Origin: Bacilli bacterium
Lineage (GTDB): Bacteria; Bacillota_I; Bacilli_A; ML615J-28; CAG-698
Length of the DNA: 52,293 nt
Reading direction: 5' to 3'
NCBI GenBank assembly: GCA_050177775.1
Contig: JBFXGS010000002.1
Coordinates: 1-52,293, forward strand
Shown here: positions 1 to 9,717 of the stretch, piece by piece
How positions within the stretch are numbered: the first letter of the stretch is position 1
Layout: every line of letters begins with the position of its first letter
The notes under the pieces: generated by a model
Told to the model about the DNA's origin: nothing
The model's database searches: none
The model's input: only the letters and a program-made list of their open reading frames with translations
Translations under genes and position numbers: made by a program

Positions 1-1
1 T

Positions 2-421
2 GCCCAACTTGTTTTAAGTGGCATCATTGATTATAGTGCTAAATCATTCAATCTTGATGATCGGTTTGCCTTTGATTGGCATAAAATGAAGGCATTAGAA
101 ACAGCTTCCAATATCAGTTTAACTTGGAGTTATGAACCGACCATCAAACTGACCGACACGGAATATTCCCATTTTTATTCCACATATTATCAAAATTGGC
201 TTGTGAAAACCGTTGAATTGCAAAAGGAAATGGAAAGTTCAGGAGTTTATAATACTTATTTACTAAAACACGAAATATTAAATGAAGAAGGAACAGTGAC
301 TAAATCGACCTATGCCAATGGTTTAGAAATTGTTTTTAATTATAGTTTGAATAGTTTTAATTATGGTTTTCAAGTAATTAACTCCCAAAAATATCAAGTT
401 GTAAGGGGGGCAAACGCGTGA
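2..421 (+). CDS. 3' part of an uncharacterised protein (5'-truncated by the window edge)
   Basis: Frame 2 is open from nt 2, with no stop before the listed Met at 86. It ends at TGA 419-421, overlapping the GTG start of the next gene (GTGA). No motif recognised. It lies directly upstream of the sugar ABC permeases. Confidence 0.6.
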   Translation, partial: AQLVLSGIIDYSAKSFNLDDRFAFDWHKMKALETASNISLTWSYEPTIKLTDTEYSHFYSTYYQNWLVKTVELQKEMESSGVYNTYLLKHEILNEEGTVTKSTYANGLEIVFNYSLNSFNYGFQVINSQKYQVVRGANA

Positions 422-1626
422 AAAGACGACAAGAAAAAACACCGATTTATTTAACGAAACCTCAAAGTGACGTTTTGCAACAAAAATTACTTGTAAAGAA
501 ACAAAAACTTGAAGCAAAGCTTCAAGAGGTATCTGAACAATATGTTGATAGTGTTAAAAAAAGACAGAATAACCCTAAATTAAGAATGGCCAGGGTTTTT
601 GCTTTAAGCAGAAGCATGGCCAAATATGAGCTAAAGTTGCAAAGAGTCAAGATTGGGTTATTAAGATTATCGGAAGAAAAATATCTTAAATTGAATTTAC
701 TTGAAAAAGCCAAGATGTTGTTTTCACAACTTTCCTATCAAAAACAAAAAGTTGTCTTTGGCATTTTATTCTTGCTTCCTTGGATGATTGGTTTTGGCAT
801 TTTCTTTGCTTATCCACTTGGAACTTCACTGTGGTGGAGTTTGAATAAAATGACCATTATCAGTGGTGGTGGTTACACCTTTGAATTTGTTGGTTTTGGC
901 AATTACCGTGATTTGTTTGTGAGCGAAACCCTGGCCGGAGCCACCATTTTGGAAGTGCTTACTTCATCAATCATTAATATTCTCATCAATTTACCAACCA
1001 TCTTAATTTTCTCACTGTTTATTGCAGTCTTGCTAAATACAAAATTTAAAGGTCATCAACTTGCTAAAGCGATTTTCTTTATACCGGTTGTTTATAACAT
1101 GACAGTGATTAATAATACATTAACCGGAACTTTCGGAAGATTGTTTGATTCTGATCTTAATCAATCGCTAGCTTTATCGGCCCAATTTTCCAATTTCTTA
1201 ATGCAAGTGGGAATTGGAGGGGGTCTTGTTAGTTTTTTAACGGATGCGGTGGGACGGATTTTTACGATTGTTAATATGTCAGGAATTCAAATTTTAATTT
1301 TTATTGCGGCTTTACAATCCATCCCGGCGCATTTGTATGAAGCAGCCCGGGTTGAAGGAGCAACGAAGTATGAAATGTTTTGGAAAATTACCATCCCGAT
1401 GATTTCTCCCATGGTTTTAACGGCTGCGGTTTTTACGATTGTTGATAGCTTTGCATCTTCGGAAATCATCCAATTTATGACGGTTAATTCTCAAGGAACA
1501 ACGATGGCCGTAAATCAACCGGGCTTATATTCGGCTATTTCGGTGATATACTTTTTAGCGAATGCGCTTATTATCGTGATGATGTTTCTGGCTTTAAGAA
1601 AGCAGGTGTTTTATTATGACAAGTAA
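418..1626 (+). CDS. carbohydrate ABC transporter permease (MalF/UgpA-type) with ~110-aa N-terminal cytoplasmic extension
   Basis: GTG start 8 nt after an AAGGGGGG RBS. EAA-loop motif 'EAARVEGATKYEMFWKITIPMISP'. Multiple TM segments after aa ~115. The N-terminus is Lys/Gln/Glu-rich and coiled-coil-like. Confidence 0.85.
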   Translation: MKRRQEKTPIYLTKPQSDVLQQKLLVKKQKLEAKLQEVSEQYVDSVKKRQNNPKLRMARVFALSRSMAKYELKLQRVKIGLLRLSEEKYLKLNLLEKAKMLFSQLSYQKQKVVFGILFLLPWMIGFGIFFAYPLGTSLWWSLNKMTIISGGGYTFEFVGFGNYRDLFVSETLAGATILEVLTSSIINILINLPTILIFSLFIAVLLNTKFKGHQLAKAIFFIPVVYNMTVINNTLTGTFGRLFDSDLNQSLALSAQFSNFLMQVGIGGGLVSFLTDAVGRIFTIVNMSGIQILIFIAALQSIPAHLYEAARVEGATKYEMFWKITIPMISPMVLTAAVFTIVDSFASSEIIQFMTVNSQGTTMAVNQPGLYSAISVIYFLANALIIVMMFLALRKQVFYYDK

Positions 1627-2641
1627 TATGAAAAAAACCTGGCGAGAAAAATTTGTTTCAAAAGTAAAAGATATTCAAACAACCGTCAATGAACATTTAA
1701 AAAGTGCTACCAAAAGACAAGTGTTAAAAACCAAAATAGCGGATTTTACGATTAATACTTTTAAATACATTTTAGTGTTTGGCCTTTGTTTTGTGATTCT
1801 TTACCCCTTGCTATTACAATTAGCGATTGCTTTTCGGGCGCCAACCGATGTTAATAACCCAACAGTTCTTTGGATTCCAGGGGAATTTTCCCTTAAGAAT
1901 TTTGAAGTGTCCTTGATTGCCCTTCATTATTGGAAAGCTTTGCAAAACTCTTTGGTATTAGCTTTAGGAGTAACATTATTACAATTAGTATCGACTTCTT
2001 TAGCGGGTTATGCTTTCGCAAGGCTTCCCTTTAAAGGTAGCAAAGTTCTTTTTGCCCTTGCTTTATTTACGATTATTGTTCCCCAAACCGTTATTTCCTT
2101 ACCAATATTAAGGAGTGTTACCGAGATGGGTTTAATTGGAAAACCGGCGACATTGTTTTTGATGGCGGGTTTAGGAATGGGCATCAAATCGGGAATCTTT
2201 ATTTACTTGTTCCGTCAATTTTATCGAGGTATTCCGACGGAATTAGAAGAGGCTGCCTATGTTGACGGTGCCAATGTTTTCCAAGTTTTTTATCGAATTA
2301 TGCTTCCTAATGCCCGAGGGGCAATAATTACCGTCGCTTTACTTGCTTTTGTTTGGCAGTGGAATGACTATTACTTTACGACTCTCTTTATTACGCGTAG
2401 TAATATGGAGTTTATGACTTTGACCACTCAACAGGTAAGTATTTTGTTTGGATTACAACAAGCCTTATCCGATGCCGGCATTTGGGGCTTAATGGGTCAA
2501 GAAATCACTAAAAATCCATTATTTTCGTCGATGATTCTTAATACTAGTGGCATTTTAGTGATGATTCCACTTTTAGTAATGTATTTCTTTGTTCAGAAAT
2601 TATTTGTGACCGGAATCGAAAGATCCGGAATCATTGGTTAA
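1616..2641 (+). CDS. carbohydrate ABC transporter permease (MalG/UgpE-type)
   Basis: EAA loop 'EEAAYVDGANVFQVFYRIMLPNARG' and a 'WQWNDYYF' motif typical of CUT1 permease 2. Overlaps the upstream permease by 11 nt. Confidence 0.9.
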   Translation: MTSNMKKTWREKFVSKVKDIQTTVNEHLKSATKRQVLKTKIADFTINTFKYILVFGLCFVILYPLLLQLAIAFRAPTDVNNPTVLWIPGEFSLKNFEVSLIALHYWKALQNSLVLALGVTLLQLVSTSLAGYAFARLPFKGSKVLFALALFTIIVPQTVISLPILRSVTEMGLIGKPATLFLMAGLGMGIKSGIFIYLFRQFYRGIPTELEEAAYVDGANVFQVFYRIMLPNARGAIITVALLAFVWQWNDYYFTTLFITRSNMEFMTLTTQQVSILFGLQQALSDAGIWGLMGQEITKNPLFSSMILNTSGILVMIPLLVMYFFVQKLFVTGIERSGIIG

Positions 2642-2657
2642 CAGAAAGGGATTAAAT

Positions 2658-4427
2658 ATGAAAACCAAAAACACCTTATTGCTGATTTTAATTTTATGCT
2701 TAGGTTTTTTACTGACGGCATGTAAAGACCCAGATGATGATGACCCAATTATTGAAGACCCAACCGCAACCATCAGTGTTGCTTCCAACACCGTATCTCT
2801 AAAAAAGGAGGCCACTCACCAAATTGTGGCCACTGTTGCCAACTCACAAACAACTTTGGAAGTAGCATATTCCTCAAGTAATACGGCCGTTGCGACCGTT
2901 TCGGAAAGTGGTTTAATAACGGGAATTGCAAAAGGGACGGCCGTAATTACTGTTTCTTTAAAATTGTATCCGAATATTAAGGCCACGGTAAATGTTACCA
3001 TCACCGAAGAAGATGATCCGATTATTGTTCCGCCGATTCCTAATATGATGGGACAAGATTTTGTTATCATGGTCAATAAAGCATCAACCGCCGACCCTCG
3101 AAGTGAAAGCTTTGTAGGCAGTTGGAAAGAAGAAAAAGTTGCTTTAATTGACGCTGCTGAAAAAAAATACAATGTGAAAGTCGTATATAAGACTTATCCG
3201 GCTGATGCGGTATGGGGTGGAGGTCGTGAGCGCTTTATCACAACCAACTCAGTCAATAATACTCCACAAGCCCATATTTACGAAATGCCATCATATTCAA
3301 TTGCCGTTTTAGCAGAAGGCGGAGCGATTTTACCACTGGATGCTCTCATTGAAAAATACGGGAACGAAGGCTATTGGCCGGAAAAAGCCGCTTTTGGAAC
3401 CGTCTTAGGCAAACAATATGGCTATGATGATGCTTATCCATTAGCAGGACAAGGGATTTTCTACAACATCGATTTGCTTGAAACATATTTAGGCGAAGGA
3501 AAAGGAACCTTACCAAGTGACTTATGGATGGAAGGAAAGTGGGACTGGGAAGCCTTTGAAACGATTTGTAATCAATTATTACCAGGCATCTCCGGTTTAA
3601 ATATTGAAGATGCGGCGGTCATTGGCGGTCGACCTTATAACTGGGCTTATTTCATGCTGGGAGCCAATGGTGTTCATGTGGTTTCTTCCGATTTAAAATC
3701 GGAATTAGCAACCCAACCGGGAATTGACACTTTGACTTATTTAAATGAATTGGTTAGTGTTCCGGGAATGTGGGAGTATGAAAGTGCGGCTTTATCAAAT
3801 GCGACTTGCCCTCAATTTAAAGGCGGGAACATTGCATTCCATAACGGTGAACCTTATTGGATGTATGATTCCACAAAATGGTTAGGTTATACTTTCAATA
3901 TGGGATTTGTTCCTTACCCAGTTGGACCTAATGTTAGCCCCGATTTAAGTAATTACTATATAAATGAAGTATACGGAAAAACAAGTTATCTTGTATCTTC
4001 TTCATATTCGCTTGATTTAGTACCTCCCGGATATGAAAACATTGCTTTCCATGAAGAAACCATTTTTAGAATCTGGGCTGATATGCAATATTTCCCAGAC
4101 ATTGATCCAGAAACAGGTTATGTTTCAACCGATGAGATTGTGGAAGAATGGGTATTTAACACTTTAGAGCTTTATTATAGTGATGCCAATGATTATGTTT
4201 CCATCGAAGCACATAAACAAATTATGTTTAAAGGCTATCCTGATTATTTCTATAGTTTATATTGGGCAAGAAGCCAAGATGAAACCAAATCATTCATGTT
4301 AGAAATTCAAAAAGCCATTTTAAGCGGGTCAATTCGCGATGAAATGCTGGATTTGGTTTCCAGAATTCACCAAGAATTTATTGATACATATGTCAATTTA
4401 GGCTTGACAGCCGACCACTATAATTAA
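2658..4427 (+). CDS. lipoprotein: Big_2 (bacterial Ig-like) domain fused to an extracellular sugar-binding protein of the ABC system
   Basis: ATG at 2658 preceded by AAAGGG. Signal peptide with lipobox 'LLTAC', then the acidic linker 'KDPDDDDPIIEDP'. Big_2-like segment 'SSSNTAVATVSESGLITGIAKGTAVITV'. The C-terminal ~450 aa are Trp/Tyr-rich and SBP_bac_1-like. The ORF-track start at 2634 overlaps the previous gene and lacks an RBS. Confidence 0.8.
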   Translation: MKTKNTLLLILILCLGFLLTACKDPDDDDPIIEDPTATISVASNTVSLKKEATHQIVATVANSQTTLEVAYSSSNTAVATVSESGLITGIAKGTAVITVSLKLYPNIKATVNVTITEEDDPIIVPPIPNMMGQDFVIMVNKASTADPRSESFVGSWKEEKVALIDAAEKKYNVKVVYKTYPADAVWGGGRERFITTNSVNNTPQAHIYEMPSYSIAVLAEGGAILPLDALIEKYGNEGYWPEKAAFGTVLGKQYGYDDAYPLAGQGIFYNIDLLETYLGEGKGTLPSDLWMEGKWDWEAFETICNQLLPGISGLNIEDAAVIGGRPYNWAYFMLGANGVHVVSSDLKSELATQPGIDTLTYLNELVSVPGMWEYESAALSNATCPQFKGGNIAFHNGEPYWMYDSTKWLGYTFNMGFVPYPVGPNVSPDLSNYYINEVYGKTSYLVSSSYSLDLVPPGYENIAFHEETIFRIWADMQYFPDIDPETGYVSTDEIVEEWVFNTLELYYSDANDYVSIEAHKQIMFKGYPDYFYSLYWARSQDETKSFMLEIQKAILSGSIRDEMLDLVSRIHQEFIDTYVNLGLTADHYN

Positions 4428-4479
4428 TTTGTTACTTTCGCCCACTGCAAGGTAGCAGGGGGTAAAGGAAAGGATTATT

Positions 4480-6309
4480 ATGAAAAAAATTGTTTTGCTC
4501 TTATTCATGCTCTTAAGTCTTGGTTTAGTTGCTTGTCAGGATCGTAACGCCGAAGCCTTAGAAAACATATTAAATTCGATAACAATGCCGGAGGTTTTAT
4601 ATGAAGATTTAAATCTTCCTTCTTTCTATAGCGATAAAGACCTGGTAGCCAGTGCCACTTGGACTTCGTCAAAACCGGAAATATTAAGTAATGAAGGGAA
4701 AATAACCCTTGGCACAAAAGATGAACAAGTAGTGTTAACTTTGCGTATTTCTTTTGACGATGAACAACGAAGTCGCCAATTTGTGATGATTGTGAAAGGA
4801 AAGGAGAGCCACTTGCAAGGCATATTAAATTCGATTGTAATTCCGAATGAAGTTACAAGTAATCTTGATTTGAAAACATCATATACAAAAAATGGTGTTA
4901 CCGCATTAGCTTCTTGGCAAACAACAGCATCCAAAGTTATTACTAAAGAAGGCGTCATCTCGCCAACAGTTAATGACCAAACAGCGACACTAATCTTAGA
5001 ATTAACGATTGGCGAAGTGTCCACGACAAAACATTTTGATGTTGTGGTGAAAGGAAGCGAAGACTTCTTGATTTTATATGTCATTTTTAATAGCCAGGTG
5101 GTTTTTCCTAATCGAGAATTGACGGATAATATCAACCTGCCAACTGCTTATACCCTTGACGGAAAAACGGCAACTGCCGTTTGGACTTCAAGCAACGAAC
5201 AAGTTTTAGAAGCGAACGGAACCATTCATCCTTCCACTCAAGACATCAATGTTACTTTAACAGTTACCTTAACTTATGGATATGCAACAAGAGTTGAACA
5301 ATTTGATTTCATTGTTTTGCTTGATCCGAGCAACTCGCCTCTAAACACATGGCATTTAGCTTCTTTATGGACGGATCCCATTGCCAATGAAGCGGTTGAT
5401 CCCGTAACTCCAAGTTGTTTTCCGGGCGCAATTTACCGAAAAGTAGTTTCGAGCGAAGATTATTGGTTAGGGATTGAAGCTTTAGTTACCATCCCGGAGT
5501 TTACTCCCGATCCCCAACGTTTTGATGATACTAAACTAAGTTATTATCTTGATAGTAGTTCTTTATATATGGGAGGACATGCCAATTACGAAAGTGACGT
5601 GGGTCTGGGTTGGTCAATTGGTTATGAAAGCAGCCTTTCCACAACTATTTCGCGAAGTGGTATTGCTTTTCGACCGTTTTGGCGATATATTACGCGTAAA
5701 GAAGAATGTACCAACAATAACTGTTACCGAAACGCCAATGTTTCAAATTTTGAATATTATTATTATCCCGGCGATAAAATTCGCATGAGTGTTTTTAGTC
5801 CCCAACCGGGTTATTTACAAATGCGTATTGAATTATTGGAATTAACAACGAATGTGAAATACATCAATGCGCGCGAAGCTTACAACTTAGGAAATGATTT
5901 TAATCGTATTTTTACAACCCCTGTTTTTCCTTCAGAAGGAATGGGGATTGTAAAAACAGAATTTAAACGGGTTAACGCTATTGATCAAGTTGCCAATGAA
6001 GGCAAAGCAACGATTAACACGAATGCGAAAGTTGAAAACGCCATTTGGCATGAAGTGTACTTATACCGAAAAATAAACGAAACGATCTATAAAGTTCCGA
6101 TGATTGAATCCCGTAGTGCGCAAATGAAGTGTCCTTTGGGTAGTAACATCAATGGTGATTTCACAAACACTTTTTTGATTACCTATACGAATGTCAATCG
6201 CACTTTAGGTGGAGAAGAAGTGACCATCAATCCTCGCAACGGCACAGGACGACTTTATAATGTAAAAGCCATCCTTCCAAAAAGGGATGACCAAAATCAA
6301 GCGGTGTGA
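4480..6309 (+). CDS. surface lipoprotein: three tandem ~85-aa Ig-like repeats plus a ~330-aa C-terminal domain of unknown function
   Basis: RBS AAGGAAAGGA. Lipobox 'LGLVAC'. Three repeats share the pattern 'ILNSI..P......L.LP..Y......A.W.SS...vl...G.i.......v.Ltl.l......f...V'. I recognise no catalytic motif in the C-terminal part. Confidence 0.75.
   Translation: MKKIVLLLFMLLSLGLVACQDRNAEALENILNSITMPEVLYEDLNLPSFYSDKDLVASATWTSSKPEILSNEGKITLGTKDEQVVLTLRISFDDEQRSRQFVMIVKGKESHLQGILNSIVIPNEVTSNLDLKTSYTKNGVTALASWQTTASKVITKEGVISPTVNDQTATLILELTIGEVSTTKHFDVVVKGSEDFLILYVIFNSQVVFPNRELTDNINLPTAYTLDGKTATAVWTSSNEQVLEANGTIHPSTQDINVTLTVTLTYGYATRVEQFDFIVLLDPSNSPLNTWHLASLWTDPIANEAVDPVTPSCFPGAIYRKVVSSEDYWLGIEALVTIPEFTPDPQRFDDTKLSYYLDSSSLYMGGHANYESDVGLGWSIGYESSLSTTISRSGIAFRPFWRYITRKEECTNNNCYRNANVSNFEYYYYPGDKIRMSVFSPQPGYLQMRIELLELTTNVKYINAREAYNLGNDFNRIFTTPVFPSEGMGIVKTEFKRVNAIDQVANEGKATINTNAKVENAIWHEVYLYRKINETIYKVPMIESRSAQMKCPLGSNINGDFTNTFLITYTNVNRTLGGEEVTINPRNGTGRLYNVKAILPKRDDQNQAV
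4555..5319 (+). repeat. three tandem protein-level repeats (aa ~26-110, 111-194, 195-280) inside the lipoprotein gene
   Basis: The repeats align by eye: 'LENILNSITMPEV...ATWTSSKPEILSNEGKI...VVLTLRI', 'LQGILNSIVIPNEV...ASWQTTASKVITKEGVI...ATLILEL' and '...VVFPNREL...AVWTSSNEQVLEANGTI...VTLTVTL'. They are divergent at the DNA level. Confidence 0.7.
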
Positions 6310-6312
6310 TGA

Positions 6313-7242
6313 ATGATGATTAAAAGAATAGACGGATTAACCATCGGACCTTGGTTTTTAGAACACTGGAATCAAGAATTTTCGTTATCTTTCCCCATTT
6401 CCTATCGACTGTGGATGGAAAAAATTATTAATCAAAACGCGCTTTATCAAACCCATATCTTTGGGATGGAAGCGGATAATCGACTCATAGGGTTACTGGT
6501 TTTAAAGCATTATCAAATTGATGACATGCCCAAGCAATTATACATTTCTTTAATTTATGTTATTCCCTCCTACCGTAGAAAGGGTTACGGGAGTAGCATG
6601 CTCCAATTTTCTCAAGCTTGGGCTTGGGAAAACCACTTTTTGAAGTTGATGACAGGAACGGACCCTAATTGTCTGTTTTCGGGAATTCCTTTTATCAATA
6701 ATCAACCGACACATGATTTTTTCTTAAAAAGAGGGTTTTCAACTTTATATAAAAACATGAATTTAATTTGTACAACCAGTTTAACGATTCCATATGATCC
6801 GGTGTTGAAAGTTGTGAAAACAGAGGCCGAAAAGCAAGCCGTTTTACAATTAATCAAAAACCATTTTTCAAAACGGTGGTTATTAGATGTCATGGATGCC
6901 CAACCCGAAGAATTTGTGATTGTGAAAAAAGACGAAGAAATGATGGGCTTTTTGAGGATAAATCATGAATCATGTCCTAAATTTGCTAATAGTTTAAATT
7001 TATATCAAAAATACCCCAAGTTAGGTGGAATTGGTCCGCTTGGGATTATTCCTAATTATCGAAATTTGGGTTTGGGTAAGAAAATGGTTCGATATGCTAT
7101 AAACCATTTATTCAATCTGGGATGTACAACCGTCCTTGTGGATTGGACGGGACTAGTTACTTTTTATCAAAATTGTGGGTTTTCCCAAATTAGCCAAGAA
7201 TATATTATTTATCAATTTGAAACGGGAGGTCGGACAGTATGA
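6313..7242 (+). CDS. tandem GNAT-family N-acetyltransferase (two acetyltransferase domains)
   Basis: Two acetyl-CoA motif-A-like segments, 'YRRKGYGSSMLQ' and 'YRNLGLGKKMVRYA', each followed by a 'GF' C-terminal strand. Starts 4 nt after the double stop of the upstream gene. Confidence 0.7.
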   Translation: MMIKRIDGLTIGPWFLEHWNQEFSLSFPISYRLWMEKIINQNALYQTHIFGMEADNRLIGLLVLKHYQIDDMPKQLYISLIYVIPSYRRKGYGSSMLQFSQAWAWENHFLKLMTGTDPNCLFSGIPFINNQPTHDFFLKRGFSTLYKNMNLICTTSLTIPYDPVLKVVKTEAEKQAVLQLIKNHFSKRWLLDVMDAQPEEFVIVKKDEEMMGFLRINHESCPKFANSLNLYQKYPKLGGIGPLGIIPNYRNLGLGKKMVRYAINHLFNLGCTTVLVDWTGLVTFYQNCGFSQISQEYIIYQFETGGRTV

Positions 7243-7970
7243 ATAATGTCCCAATTTATCAAAAAATCGAAAAAGATTTACGCGTTGCCATTCTTGACGG
7301 TCAGTTAAAACAGGGTGATTTGGTTCCCAGTGAAACTGAACTTGCCAGCAAATATCAAGTGACACGGATGACCGTGCGCCAAGCGATTAATAACCTCTTA
7401 GTCGATGGTTACATCTATCGGCACAAAGGCCGAGGAACATTTGTGACATTCAATAAAAAAGAAGTTGATCGTGAAGAAAAACCTTTCTTCAGCTTTGCTA
7501 ATGAAATGAAAGGAATTGATGCGCCGATTACGACAACCGTCCTAAAATTTGAAAAACGAACCGCTGATGAAATCATCGCTATTCGCTTGCAACTGAAAAT
7601 TGGTGATCCTATTTATTATGTTGAAAGACTGCGCCACGCTTCAAACATCCCGTTGGCTTATGAACGCGTTTACTTACCGGTAAATATGTATGATAATATT
7701 ACTCCCGATAAATTCATTGATTCTTTCTATGATTATGTTCAAAATGAACTTAATTGGAAAATCAAAAATTGCGTTCGAGCCATTGAAGCAAGAAGTCTTG
7801 CAAAAAACGTTGCCGAATTGCTAAGGCAAAAAGAAGGTGAACCGTCATTATATATGAGCAGTGTCACTTACTTAGATAATGGTCGAGCGTTTGTTTATAC
7901 TCGTTGCTATTTCCACGCTGAACATTTCCGTTTCAAACATAATTTTTCGCGAGCAGATAATAATATATGA
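7239..7970 (+). CDS. GntR/HutC-family transcriptional regulator (wHTH + UTRA effector domain)
   Basis: 'LPSETELASKYQVTRMTVRQAINNLLVDGYIYRHKGRGTFV' is the canonical GntR wHTH. The length and C-terminus fit the HutC/NagR subfamily. ATGA overlap with the GNAT gene. Confidence 0.9.
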   Translation: MNNVPIYQKIEKDLRVAILDGQLKQGDLVPSETELASKYQVTRMTVRQAINNLLVDGYIYRHKGRGTFVTFNKKEVDREEKPFFSFANEMKGIDAPITTTVLKFEKRTADEIIAIRLQLKIGDPIYYVERLRHASNIPLAYERVYLPVNMYDNITPDKFIDSFYDYVQNELNWKIKNCVRAIEARSLAKNVAELLRQKEGEPSLYMSSVTYLDNGRAFVYTRCYFHAEHFRFKHNFSRADNNI

Positions 7971-9040
7971 TAAATAGTCCTCAAAATACTGTATGGATTA
8001 ATCCTCTTTGCGAAAGCAAAATGAAAATATATGGTTTAAATTGGGTTTTTGAAGATCATCTGTATCGAAGGTTGCCATTATCATCAGTTGATGTCATTAA
8101 TAAAAGTTGTCCAATGATAAATAATCTGGCGAATAATACTTCGGGTGGACAACTTCATTTTTATGCGGATTCTGATTTTCTTTATATTAAAGCTAAGATT
8201 AAAGGACAAGCCCAACTAGCGGGAATGACGGCGGTTGCTTGTGGTGGATTTGATTGCTATGTTGGCCCAAACTATGCAAATTTGCAATTTTATAATACGG
8301 CCCGTTTTGATATCAATGCCACCGAGTATGAAGCTTTAATTTTTGAAAACGAGCCAGGGTTAAAGTTAGTCGTCATTAATTTTCCTCTCTATGGGGGAGT
8401 AGAGCTTTTAGAAATTGGTTTACGAAAAGACTGTAAACTTTGTTTGCCAGAGCCCCTTAAGCAAGGTCGAATTGTTATTTATGGAACTTCCATTACGCAA
8501 GGTGGTTTTGCCAGTCGCCCCGGACTTTCCTTTACCAATATCCTCAGTCGTCGTTTTAATAAAGAATTTTTGAATTTTGGTTTTTCGGGAAATGCTTTTG
8601 GTGAGATCGAATTAGCAAAAATCTTAAAATCCATTGATGATGTATCATTATTCATCCTGGATTATGAAGCTAATGGCGGAACAAATGGCAAATTAGCTCT
8701 TACTATGGAAGCTTTTATTCGTGAGTTAAGAACCAAGCACCCCAAAACGCCAATTGCCGTTTTATCAAGAATCAAATACTTGTTTGATGATCTTCATCTT
8801 GATTTAGGTAAAAAGCGAGAAGCAATTCGTCTTTTTCAAGAAAAATTGGTGCAAAAGTTGCATGAGCAAGGGGATCATCATCTATGGTATATTAATGGCT
8901 CAACCTTATTAGGAGAAAACTACCATGAATATACCATTGATAGTATTCACCCCAATGATTTAGGGTTTATGAAAATCGCTGATAATTTAGAAATCGCGAT
9001 TAACAAGATAGAAAGAGGTATTCAATGGATAGATTGTTAA
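7967..9040 (+). CDS. SGNH/GDSL-family esterase with N-terminal beta-sandwich domain (sugar O-acetylesterase-like)
   Basis: Block I 'IVIYGTSITQG' (Ser nucleophile) and block V 'DSIHPND' (DxxH). About 170 aa of N-terminal domain precede them. ATGA overlap with the regulator gene. Confidence 0.75.
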   Translation: MINSPQNTVWINPLCESKMKIYGLNWVFEDHLYRRLPLSSVDVINKSCPMINNLANNTSGGQLHFYADSDFLYIKAKIKGQAQLAGMTAVACGGFDCYVGPNYANLQFYNTARFDINATEYEALIFENEPGLKLVVINFPLYGGVELLEIGLRKDCKLCLPEPLKQGRIVIYGTSITQGGFASRPGLSFTNILSRRFNKEFLNFGFSGNAFGEIELAKILKSIDDVSLFILDYEANGGTNGKLALTMEAFIRELRTKHPKTPIAVLSRIKYLFDDLHLDLGKKREAIRLFQEKLVQKLHEQGDHHLWYINGSTLLGENYHEYTIDSIHPNDLGFMKIADNLEIAINKIERGIQWIDC

Positions 9041-9717
9041 ACAAACTTAATACTAAAAAAATGTGTTTGATTGCGAGCCTCCCTGAAAATAGTTATGAGC
9101 TTGCGAAAATAGCTTGGGAAGCGGGCGTTGATGCCATCAAAGTGCATATCAACGTGTCGTTACACCGTGCTAGTCAAAATCATTTCGGTTCTTTAGAAGA
9201 AAACAAAGAAGTGTTTAAAAAAATACTTCATGATTCTCCTGTTCCGGTTGGCATTGTTGCCGGAGAACAAGGTTTTGCTGCCGAAGCAGTTGTTGATGAA
9301 ATTGTGAAAATGGGATTTGATTTCATTTCTCTTTATGGCCATCACACTCCTCCGACTTTAGTTATGCGCAATGACATCAATAATTTTTTTGCACTTAATT
9401 CAAATTATTCGTTTGATGAAATAAAAGTTATTGCCAATTCTTTTGTTGCGGATATTTTAGAGCTTTCGATTGTTGCTCCAGAAAATTATGGGGAACGTCT
9501 TTCAGCTCGCGAACTGGCTAAATATGAATATATTGCTCATTTAACGAATAAACCGGCGGTGGTACCAACACAGAAAGTTATTTATCCTTCCGACATTTTA
9601 GCTCTTTATAAAACCAAAGTTAAAGCCGTTATGGTTGGAGCGATAGCGATGGGAAAAGAAAAAGAAACCATTAAAAAAACCTTAATGGCTTTCCGAAGTG
9701 AGATTGATAAGTTGTGA
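9025..9717 (+). CDS. phosphate-binding TIM-barrel protein, distantly NanE (ManNAc-6-P epimerase)-like
   Basis: By-eye resemblance to NanE at both ends: 'LIASLPEN..ELAKIAWEAGVDAIKVHIN' and 'VKAVMVGAIAMGKEKETIKKTL'. Length of 230 aa fits. The middle of the protein is divergent. RBS GAAAGAGG. Confidence 0.4.
   Translation: MDRLLNKLNTKKMCLIASLPENSYELAKIAWEAGVDAIKVHINVSLHRASQNHFGSLEENKEVFKKILHDSPVPVGIVAGEQGFAAEAVVDEIVKMGFDFISLYGHHTPPTLVMRNDINNFFALNSNYSFDEIKVIANSFVADILELSIVAPENYGERLSARELAKYEYIAHLTNKPAVVPTQKVIYPSDILALYKTKVKAVMVGAIAMGKEKETIKKTLMAFRSEIDKL

Noticed and set aside
5549-5788. Same-strand alternative-frame ORFs inside larger genes: 5549-5788, 12047-12277, 19340-19537, 25410-25631, 42599-42799 and 43038-43238.
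   Set aside because: All are embedded in genes with clear family motifs in the main frame. They have no independent start signals and their composition is consistent with out-of-frame translation.
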